From assembly GCA_950097015.1 (NCBI GenBank), contig CATNEN010000007.1, positions 13,144,001 to 13,208,000 on the forward strand: a stretch of DNA of 64,000 bases, in the 5' to 3' direction. The DNA comes from Macrostomum hystrix (taxonomy: Eukaryota > Animalia > Platyhelminthes). Under the pieces are notes generated by a model. The model was not told the origin of the DNA. It worked only from the letters and a program-made list of their open reading frames with translations, and made no database searches. This document shows, piece after piece, positions 1 through 10,442 of this stretch. A program made the translations under genes and the position numbers. The stretch's first letter is position 1, and each line of letters begins with the position of its first letter.

Positions 1-270
1 TGGCAAGCAATAGTATTCACAAACCAATGCCAATCATTACCCTTTTCATTGTCAGCAAAAGAAGCGGTCGAATGTATGCGGGTGGCAGCTGGCAAGCAAT
101 AGTATTCACAAACCAATGCCAATCATTACCCTTTTCATTGTCAGCAAAAGAAGCGGTCGAATGTATGCGGGTGGCAGCTGGCAAGCAATAGTATTCACAA
201 ACCAATGCCAATCATTACCCTTTTCATTGTCAGCAAAAGAAGCGGTCGAATGTATGCGGGTGGCAGCTGG
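1..270. repeat. 89-bp tandem repeat (3 copies, truncated by window edge) whose unit contains an exon 3' end plus splice donor
   Basis: Identical 89-bp units. Minus strand reads ...CAGCTGCCACCCGCATAC...ATGAAAAGG|GTAATG in each copy. Confidence 0.95.
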
Positions 271-777
271 TTAAACACTAGCACGATGGCGTCAGCTGTG
301 AATACCGATTCCACTACGCTTTTCCAGTCATTGAGATTTTCCGAGGTGGGTAGGACCTCAACTCTGCGATCTTCTTCTATGTTGCTCGCAGCTGGCACTC
401 CAGCTTCACCAGCCTCCTTAATATACCTTTCAAGATCTGCGCTGGCCTGGCTCCTGCTTCCGATTACAATCAGAGAGACTGTCGCGCAACTTTCAGAATC
501 TGAAATTTTTAATTTGTCGCTGTGTTGTCGAATACGTTTTTCTTAAATTAGAATATAATACACAGTTTTAGTTAAAACCAGCACCTTATCAGCGTGCACA
601 AAAATTCTAATAAGTATTTGTAACTCGGCAGCTAGCGGCAAGAAAGTGTTTGCTTGACAGCCTAGCAGTTCGAAGAACAGCACCATCTCAGAACCTTACC
701 GAAAGGCGTTCTAAATGGAGTGACCGTCGCTCCGATTCCTTTCAGTGAGTAGGACTGTCCTTCCCGCAGCGGCATTT
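219..777 (-). CDS. Partial gene of unknown function (exons 777-700 and 499-219; continues off the left edge)
   Basis: ttttcag|AAATG..TTCG|gtaagg and ttcag|ATTCT..AGG|gtaatg join in frame: MPLREGQSYSLKGIGATVTPFRTPFDSESCATVSLIVIGSRSQASADLERYIKEAG...LLLLTMKR. Upstream exon-like segments (to ~2205) contain stops, so this may be a pseudogene. Confidence 0.5.
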
Positions 778-924
778 CTGAAAAATTTATTCAATCAAGC
801 TCTGTGTGAGTTTCGCAAACGGAGTTCATTGCATAATATGAGGTACCGGGTCTTTAGCTGTATGCAGTCCTAGTTGGCTCTGACAAACTCTTTTATCAGA
901 TCCTTATTATCTAGTAAATTTGTG

Positions 925-1718
925 CGTTGCTTTGAGGCCTAGGTTCAATCAGTTGTTTCATGTGTAAGGGTAAAAAATTCATTCCCCTACCTTAGCAGAT
1001 GATAGTGTAATTCCAAGCGTGGAATGTACAACGGCGACGCTCGATTATATATTTATTGTCAGACGATTCGATTAGGGTAGCGGCAAGTTATTGTGCTGTC
1101 TGCATCAAGAGACAAACAGCTCATTTGGCTTTAGGCTTGGGGTAGGACAAGGGTTGAATTGCTTTTAGTTAGCAGATTGTTAAAACCCTACCCAGGGCTT
1201 TCTTATCTGCGTGTTTGTACAGACCTTGAGTACTTACGTGCTCCAGCCTACCAGGGACGCCGATATAGCTTTACCCTCCGCTTCGCTTGGATCTGTCGCT
1301 GGGACAGAAAATACATTTATTTTCTGCCCTTGTGCCACTCAGCTGGGGAGACTTACTTTCTGGTGTTCATAGCTGGTGCAGTACTACATGCAAGACAGGT
1401 GTGGGGTCTGGGCTACAATAATCATAAACTAAGAAAGACGAGAGGTACGAGAGAGTAGGGCTACAACAATGCCCAGCGCAGCGAGACAAGAAAAGAGACT
1501 ATCAGGCCGGCAGTCACGATGCCATCGCCAACCCCCTCCGCTGAGCCTAACGTGCTGCCTTTGCAGACAGGGTGTTTTGTTGCCCACAAATCGGAGGCTG
1601 CATATTCTCGGCATGCAGCAAGTACAGCGAATTGGCATCGATAAGCGTTGCTTTGAGGCCTAGGTTCAATCAGTTGTTTCATATGTAAGGGTAAAAAATT
1701 ACCCTACCTTAGCAGATG
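925..1718. repeat. Two ~75-bp dispersed direct repeats (~925-1001 and ~1646-1718)
   Basis: CGTTGCTTTGAGGCCTAGGTTCAATCAGTTGTTTCAT(G/A)TGTAAGGGTAAAAAATT...CCCTACCTTAGCAGATG occurs twice. Confidence 0.85.
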
Positions 1719-2860
1719 GCGTCAAACAATCGATCTATATCCATCTAAGAATACGAGCTCGTATATCAATGTTTCACGAAGTCAAATGGGCCGTGCCCGA
1801 TGTGTGCTGCTTTCAGGCATGCCGCATAAATGGCGACCATTTCTGGGCTAAATATGATTTTATGCAAACAGATTTTGAGCTACCTGTAAAAGGCAGGTGA
1901 CTTAACTTTAGAGATAGTTTTTTTACTTTCTCGGTTAATGGGTTTGCGATTCGTTTTAGATGGAGTGCGTTTGGTGTGACGTAAAAACTGGGTGTCAGGC
2001 GACGCCAAATATAGCTGACTAAGGAGAGGCTGAGTGTAAAACTCCTTCCGAGCAGGCTCCAACAGTATACCTGAAGCCACAGCCAACCACTTTTGAAGAA
2101 GGCATTCAGCCATCCAGGTTGGATCTGATCCCAGAGGTGTGTGGCCTGGTCATCAATCAACGACTTGATAATGTGGAAGCGGCACGTTCCTAGAATCGTG
2201 GCCATAGAATTTCATTGCGTTGTGGATGTCAGCCAGAGAGGTTGCTCAGATACGGATAGGTGGATCAGTGTGCTTAGTCACAGTCTGCTTAGTCGACGAC
2301 TAGACTAGCTTTTTCTGCTGAAGCGCTGGCGGGTTAGTAAAATATTCCCTTTGTCAGCAGCTACTCTACAGTAGTCTAATGTCCTAATCAGCGGCGTCAC
2401 GGCTGCTTCGGCCAGGCTGCATTAACTTCTGTACAGGCTTGCTCGGACTTCGGTCCGAGGCTTCGCCTGATTGACGAAGGGCAGCATTGTTCCAGGCAAT
2501 GGTCGAGTCGAATAACGCTGAGGCCTGGACGCTGATGGCTCACTCGAACTCTGCAGTATGACACCGAAGGCGTATATTTTTGTGCTGCGTTGTCTCTTTC
2601 TCTCTTAATTTTGTCTCTCCTCATCCTCCTTTCAGTTCATCTTTAACTCAGCAGCTATTTCCGGCCTTCTTACCTCGCCTCCCATGTAATAGAAGTTTTA
2701 AACACTGCCACATAGCATAACATAGGCGATAGAGTCCACTCTGCGCCAAAATCAATTTGATTTGTCAAAAATTGCGACTTAAAACTTTACTTGAACCTCA
2801 TTGGGCAGGATTGAATTCTAAAAAAGGCAATGCTTATACTATAAAAAAGATTTATGGCTG

Positions 2861-5700
2861 TCATTGCAGCAGTTTATCGCTGCGCCGCCGCAGGCCATCC
2901 GAGCTTATCGGCCTGGTCCGCCGCCGGTCACCTTCAGCTGAGAGAGCGGTGCGCCGGGTGTCAACCTGGAAGGAGGCGAAGAAAAGCTCCAAAGGTCCGA
3001 ACAAATTCGAGGCTGGGTCGCCCATCGTCCTGGCATGGACATACAACCGGCCAAAGCGGTCGTTACACAATTGCAGGCGCGTCTGCCGCATCTTCGGGAA
3101 CGTGTAAGTGATCCGCTCGCCGCGCTTCCGAGTCTCTATCTGCAGTACTTGACTATCATTGCTTTGCAGCACCTCCACAAGGTCGCACTCCAGGTCAAAC
3201 CATAGACTATTGGGATCCGAGATTGGGAACTGGGAGCAACTGATTGGCGCCAGTGTGTCCCACTTCAGCAGGGCCACAGAAGAGCCGGAGCTTCCCGGAC
3301 GGTAACCCGAGACGCACAAGTTGTTCGACTGCGAAGCAGTAGGTGGTATTAAAACATTTCTACTGCAATAAACTGATTTAGGAATTGCGAGTTGTTTAAT
3401 TAAGGTTAAAATTTAAAAGCGGCGTACGAGTATAATTGAGAAAAATAGTGAAAAATGATAATAGATAACGGTTGCCGACTTTGAGATATCAGATGCAGAA
3501 AATTATTTTTACACATGCTGGTGTTGAATGGGGGATAGGCTCTAGTTAGTGGCGCAGTTTGGCTGGCTCTAGAGGTTAGCCGTTACCATTTCTTATTTCT
3601 TATGAATTCAAATTTTTTAAAAGTTAAATTACAAGCACTAAATTCACCTGTAGGCAAAATACACACGCCTGCTGCATTCCTGGAATCGGGTGGCGGCTGC
3701 GGAAGTTGAAGGTCAGAGAGCTCACACCAGTAAACACCTCGACGTAGGCCTGCTGCTCAGACCTGGAGTTGTAGCCACAATAGAGAATGTCCTTCGTTTT
3801 GTCGACGGCGATAGCTGCATAGTTCTTTGCCTTTTCGGCCGCTTCGGTCAGAATTTTGCTCATCAGAATGATCGAGCCACGCTTACCACTGCGCAAAGCC
3901 GTTGGAATGCAAAATTCTCAAAACATGTCATCAAGGAACAAGAAAATTACAATTATTGCTTCCTCAAAACACTACCAAAAATTTATAGCACATGGATCGT
4001 CACATGAATAGCGAAACTAGTCATAGACGAATGATCAGCAATCGACAGCTCCTTACTGAGCAGTGATCAGCAATCGACAGCTCCTTACTGAGCAGTGATC
4101 AGCAATCGACAGCTCTTTACTGAGCAGTGATCAGCAATCGACAGCTCCTTACTGAGCAGTGATCAGCAATCGACAGCTCCTTACTGAGCAGTGATCAGCA
4201 ATCGACAGCTCCTTACTGAGCAGTGATCAGCAATCGACAGCTCTTTACTGAGCAGTGATCAGCAATCGACAGCTCCTTACTGAGCAGTGATCAGCAATCG
4301 ACAGCTCTTTACTGAGCAGTGATCAGCAATCGACAGCTCCTTACTGAGCAGTGATCAGCAATCGACAGCTCCTTACTGAGCAGTGATCAGCAATCGACAG
4401 CTCCTTACTGAGCAGTGATCAGCAATCGACAGCTCCTTACTGAGCAGTGACCAGCAATCGACAGCTCCTTACTGAGCAGTGATCAGCAATCGACAGCTCC
4501 TTACTGAGCAGTGACCAGCAATCGACAGCTCCTTACTGAGCAGTGATCAGCAATCGACAGCTCCTTACTGAGCAGTGATCAGCAATCGACAGCTCTTTAC
4601 TGAGCAGTGATCAGCAATCGACAGCTCCTTACTGAGCAGTGACCAGCAGTTCGACAGTCCCTTACTGAGCAGTGACCAGCAGTTCGACAGTCCCTTACTG
4701 AGCAGTGACCAGCAGTTCGACAGTCCCTTACTGAGCAGTGACCAGCAGTTCGACAGTCCCGTACTGAGCAGTGACCAGCAGTTCGACAGTACCTTACTGA
4801 GCAGTGACCAGCAGTTCGACAGTCCCGTACTGAGCAGTGACCAGCAGTTCGACAGTCCCGTACTGAGCAGTGACCAGCAGTTCGACAGTCCCGTACTGAG
4901 CAGTGACCAGCAGTTCGACAGTCCCTTACTGAGCAGTGACCAGCAGTTCGACAGTCCCTTACTGAGCAGTGACCAGCAGTTCGACAGTCCCTTACTGAGC
5001 AGTGACCAGCAGTTCGACAGTCCCTTACTGAGCAGTGACCAGCAGTTCGACAGTCCCGTACTGAGCAGTGACCAGCAGTTCGACAGTACCTTACTGAGCA
5101 GTGACCAGCAGTTCGACAGTCCCGTACTGAGCAGTGACCAGCAGTTCGACAGTCCCGTACTGAGCAGTGACCAGCAGTTCGACAGTCCCGTACTGAGCAG
5201 TGACCAGCAGTTCGACAGTACCTTACTGAGCAGTGACCAGCAGTTCGACAGTCCCTTACTGAGCAGTGATCAGCAGTTCGACAGTCCCGTACTGAGCAGT
5301 GACCAGCAATTCGACTGCCCCATAGTCTGACTAAAAATTTTCTGAACTTAAACAGCCCTGTGAAGTACTAATCAGAAGCCTTCTAAACATTCGTTGAAAG
5401 TAATGGAACCCTACCTCTTACTGAGCAGATGCACCACCAATCCACCTGGTTTTTCTCCGAGCAGCTTAGGGCAGCAGCAGACGAACTCAGCCTCAACATC
5501 CAGGTAGGTCCTTTTAAGATCCCATTGTTTCTGGTCGATGGGCCGAGCGAAGTAGCGCAGCAGACCGGCCCACTCGCCTGTGTGGGTACTGGGCGCCACT
5601 ACAAAACGGTTCAGGTAACCGCTCTTGGCATCGACGTCAAAATCAAAACCCACATTTGGTGGTAGAGCATTCCACTCCATTGCAGCTTGGTGACTATTCC
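2861..5700 (-). CDS. Uncharacterised protein of ~300 aa (exons 5700-5415, 3888-3726, 3328-2861; likely ATG at 5680)
   Basis: Three protein-like ORF segments with canonical GT-AG sites and matching phases (2, then 0), ending at TGA 2861. The strand pattern (YAAIAVDKTKDILYCGY, DRFGRLYVH) is reminiscent of beta-propeller blades (weak inference). Confidence 0.7.
4032..5316. repeat. Intronic minisatellite, 32-bp unit switching to a 33-bp variant at ~4640
   Basis: TGATCAGCAATCGACAGCTCCTTACTGAGCAG x~19, then TGACCAGCAGTTCGACAGTCCCTTACTGAGCAG x~20. Confidence 0.97.
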
Positions 5701-6430
5701 CTAACGAAGGAAAGGGATTTGGCGATAGAAAAGAAATAGAGGAACGTAAACTGCTATACGGTATTTAGCGATTTTTAGATTTCATCCACAGATTTTACCG
5801 AGAGCAAGTGCCGATGTGCCGATAGTCTATGGAACATGGCTCGCGTAGGCCATTTTGACCCATTACAAAGGGGTACTCGCAAAGAGAGCATGTAAAGTGT
5901 ACTTAATGCATTAAGATGCACTTTTCAGAGAAAGGATCACATTTAGCGATTCGCGTTTGTGAAAGCAAATATATATTTTGCTATTTTTACCCGCGAGAGG
6001 AGCTAACTCAGATTTCGGACGAGCCGAAATTTATCAGGAAAAAAATTTAACCTACCCTTTCGACCGATTTTTTCTCCGTTCTAATTTATGTCAACTCACA
6101 GCAAACCGTCAGTTACATTTAGACTTCTGTAAAAAAATTATCATTCTACGAGTAATGTTTCTGAAGGCCCTACGTGAAGAAACAGCTTAGTTGGAGAGCA
6201 ATCATTTCATTTTAAATGCAGTGTACAAAGCCAAACAGTTGCGACAATTGACCTCCCATTAATATATAGTATTATTAAAGCACCAAGTGGCAGACACAAG
6301 TGCTCAGGCCGTTTCATTTATTAGCACAGGCAGTGAGCATCTGTATGAAATTCGTTATATTGCAGAAGTTTTTTTCTTGTACAAAGGACATTTATGCATG
6401 TTGAAGTTTCACCAGCGGTGCCTGAACGCT

Positions 6431-8953
6431 ACAGCATCTGACCCTCTAGAGATGCTAATATGCCAAAACACCTCTCATCCTTCACTCCCGCAATAACAGC
6501 AGCATCTGACCCTCTGGAGATGCTAATATGCCAAAACACCTCTCATCCTTCACTCCCGCAATAACAGCAGCATCTGACCCTCTAGAGATGCTAATATGCC
6601 AAAACACCTCTCATCCTTCACTCCCGCAATAACAGCAGCATCTGACCCTCTAGAGATGCTAATATGCCAAAACACCTCTCATCCTTCACTCCCGCAATAA
6701 CAGCAGCATCTGACCCTCTAGAGATGCTAATATGCCAAAACATCTCTCATCCTTCACTCCCGCAATAACAGCAGCATCTGACCCTCTAGAGATGCTAATA
6801 TGCCAAAACACCTCTCATCCTTCACTCCCGCAATAACAGCAGCATCTGACCCTCTAGAGATGCTAATATGCCAAAACACCTCTCATCCTTCACTCCTGCA
6901 ATAACAGCAGCATCTGACCCTCTAGAGATGCTAATATGCCAAAACACCTCTCATCCTTCACTCCCGCAATAACAGCAGCATCTGACCCTCTAGAGATGCT
7001 AATATGCCAAAACATCTCTCATCCTTCACTCCCGAAATAACAGCAGCATCTGACCCTCTAGAGATGCTAATATGCCAAAACACCTCTCATCCTTCACTCC
7101 CGCAATAACAGCAGCATCTGACCCTCTAGAGATGCTAATATGCCAAAACATCTCTCATCCTTCACTCCCGCAATAACAGCAGCATCTGACCCTCTAGAGA
7201 TGCTAATATGCCAAAACACCTCTCATCCTTCACTCCCGCAATAACAGCAGCATCTGACCCTCTAGAGATGCTAATATGCCAAAACATCTCTCATCCTTCA
7301 CTCCCGCAATAACAGCAGCATCTGACCCTCTAGAGATGCTAATATGCCAAAACATCTCTCATCCTTCACTCCCACAATAACAGCAGCATCTGACCCTCTA
7401 GAGATGCTAATATGCCAAAACATCTCTCATCCTTCACTCCCACAATAACAGCAGCATCTGACCCTCTAGAGATGCTAATATGCCAAAACATCTCTCATCC
7501 TTCACTCCCGCAATAACAGCAGCATCTGACCCTCTAGAGATGCTAATATGCCAAAACATCTCTCATCCTTCACTCCCGCAATAACAGCAGCATCTGACCC
7601 TCTAGAGATGCTAATATGCCAAAACACCTCTCATCCTTCACTCCTGCAATAACAGCAGCATCTGACCCTCTAGAGATGCTAATATGCCAAAACATCTCTC
7701 ATCCTTCACTCCCGCAATAACAGCAGCATCTGACCCTCTAGAGATGCTAATATGCCAAAACACCTCTCATCCTTCACTCCTGCAATAACAGCAGCATCTG
7801 ACCCTCTAGAGATGCTAATATGCCAAAACACCTCTCATCCTTCACTCCTGCAATAACAGCAGCATCTGAACCTCTAGAGATGCTAATATGCCAAAACACC
7901 TCTCATCCTTCACTCCTGCAATAACAGCAGCATCTGACCCTCTAGAGATGCTAATATACCAAAACACCTCTCATCCTTCACTCCTGCAATAACAGCAGCA
8001 TCTGACCCTCTAGAGATGCTAATATGCCAAAACACCTCTCATCCTTCACTCCTGCAATAACAGCAGCATCTGAACCTCTAGAGATGCTAATATGCCAAAA
8101 CACCTCTCATCCTTCACTCCCGCAATAACAGCAGCAGTCTGACCCTTGGCACACAAACTCTCATCCTTCACTCCCGCAATAACAGCAGCAGTTGACCCTT
8201 GGCACACAAACTCTCATCCTTCACTCCCGCAATAACAGCAGCATCTGACCCTCTAGAGATGCTAATATGCCAAAACACCTCTCATCCTTCACTCCTGCAA
8301 TAACAGCAGCATCTGACCCTCTAGAGATGCTAATATGCCAAAACACCTCTCATCCTTCACTCCTGCAATAACAGCAGCATCTGAACCTCTAGAGATGCTA
8401 ATATGCCAAAACACCTCTCATCCTTCACTCCCGCAATAACAGCAGCAGTCTGACCCTTGGCACACAAACTCTCATCCTTCACTCCCGCAATAACAGCAGC
8501 AGTCTGACCCTTGGCACACAAACTCTCATCCTTCACTCCCGCAATAACAGCAGCATCTGAACCTCTAGAGATGCTAATATGCCAAAACACCTCTCATCCT
8601 TCACTCCCGCAATAACAGCAGCAGTCTGACCCTTAGCACACAAACTCTCATCCTTCACTCCCGCAATAACAGCAGCAGTCTGACTCTTAGCACACAAACT
8701 CTCATCCTTCACTCCCGCAATAACAGCAGCAGTCTGACTTTTAGCACTCAAACTCTCATCCTTCCCTCCCACAATAATAGCAGCAGTCTGACCCTTGGCA
8801 CACAAACTCTCATCCTTCACTCCCGCAATAACAGCAGCAGTCTGACCTTTGGCACACAAACTCTCATCCTTCACTCCCGCAATAACAGCAGCAGTCTGAC
8901 CCTTGGCACACAAACTCTCATCCTTCACTCCCGCAATAGCAGCAGCAGTCTGA
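6431..8953. repeat. Minisatellite of 68-bp units grading into a related 54-bp unit
   Basis: ACAGCAGCATCTGACCCTCTAGAGATGCTAATATGCCAAAACACCTCTCATCCTTCACTCCCGCAATA; 54-bp variant interspersed from ~8130 and dominant after ~8610. Confidence 0.97.
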
Positions 8954-9502
8954 CGCTTCTTTCATTCCGATCATTGGAAATGAAAACCCGGCTGGGAAAT
9001 TCAGTCCAGAATTCCAGCCGCCGGTCTATCAGCGCTATCGTTTGGACCTAGAAGAGCGCGTGCAGGAGCAGGAAACTATGGTTAAGCTGCGCGCATTGTA
9101 TATTTCAAACGAACACGAGAACTCGCTGATCGCTGTAGGGCTTAGAATAAGCGAAAATTGTGGGCTGCTTTGAGTATAAGCAGCGAGAGGAGCGAAGATA
9201 GGATAGACTTCAGAGTTGATGCGGGAAAGTGACAGCGTAGAGAAAAAAAGAAAAAAGTGGAGAGAGCGGGAGAAAGATGACGCAAAGCGAGGCAGTGCCA
9301 CATAAACGGAGTTCGCAAGTGTACAGAGCGGCAGACTGAAGCGGGCCCAAAAACAGTAGAACAAAAAATCTCATTAAATATGCTACAGATTAATGAGTCT
9401 GCCGAGGAAAAGCAATAGAAGCAGTAGCTACTGTGAGTAATAGGTAGCGAGTGCGCGAGGCCACTGGCCAGATGTAAATGCGGAGCCGGTGGGCGTCTTG
9501 CC

Positions 9503-10442
9503 TCAGTCGGCGAAGGACTTCTTGAGGTGCACGAGCTGTCTGGCAATACTGTGGCCCCAGGTCCTGTTGTACCACTCAAGGCTGTGCCCGCGCAGGTCTA
9601 CCCGGGACAGCAGCGTTACGCGTGAGTTTCCAGGCCCACAGGCCTCGATCAGCCAGTCCTCGTTCAGCACCAGCGTCGGCAAGGTCAGTGGTGTTGGCGG
9701 CAACCGTACAGAGGCCGTATATAGGCAGTGGCTGTGAGAGCCGGCGGAGCGCCAGGCCCGCAGGACGCACTGCTCCCTCGCAGGCTGTGCTGGAGGCGAC
9801 GTCAGTGTGAAGCGGGTCACATCCGAGTTGTCATCAATCAGCTCCACTAGCTCCGACTTCAGAACGTCCGGGTCCCATGAGGCTCTGTTTGGGGAGTGAT
9901 TCATAGCTTGACCTGAGCTGCTTGCAATGAAAGACTTCATAAAGCTAACAGTTTCTAGAACCAAAAAGTCCCAATGCTCCCGACAGACCCAATACTACCG
10001 ATTTTCACAATGCTCCCGACAGTCCCAATATTACCGATTGTCACAATACTCCCGACAGTCCCACTGCTACCGATCGTCACAATGCTCCCGACAGTCATAA
10101 TAACCCGAATGTCCTATTGCTCCCAGCTCACTTGTCCTGCACGATTCTGTTGAGAATACGCGTAGGATCAGCTTCGACGCTGATAACGGCCTTCCAGAGG
10201 CGCAGCGGGCACTTGTCGTCGAGCTTCTTGCAGAATGCTTCAACGCCACAGCGGCTGCTGAAGGGCGTCCACTTGGTGGCTCCATCAGAGCACTCACGCC
10301 CCACCATCTGAGCGTGGTTGTCCACGAAAGCGAAACAGTGCCGCCGTTGTGAGGCGTCCACTGGTGCCAGCGAGTCTAGAGCCGGTGGCTCCGCTAGCTC
10401 CACTGATGAGAAGGCTGCCTGCCGGTAGAGTTCATCCGAAAC
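9503..10442 (-). CDS. DLC1: START-domain exons of the DLC-family gene (10442-10132, 9884-9503)
   Basis: PLRLWKAVISVEADP..ILNRI; CVLRAW; WLIEACGPGNSRVTLLSRVDLRG; stop at 9503. Confidence 0.92.

Noticed and set aside
1813-2205. 130-aa ORF as first exon of the left-edge gene or operon partner
   Set aside because: Could not be spliced to downstream exons without stops in any frame I tried.
3536-3590. A-box-like TAGTGGCGCAGTTTGG suggesting tRNA or SINE
   Set aside because: No B-box or cloverleaf follows.
4032-8953. 30-37-bp and longer repeats superficially like CRISPR arrays (also 26392-30047, 47326-49087)
   Set aside because: Units are head-to-tail with no unique spacers, there are no cas genes, and the context is eukaryotic.
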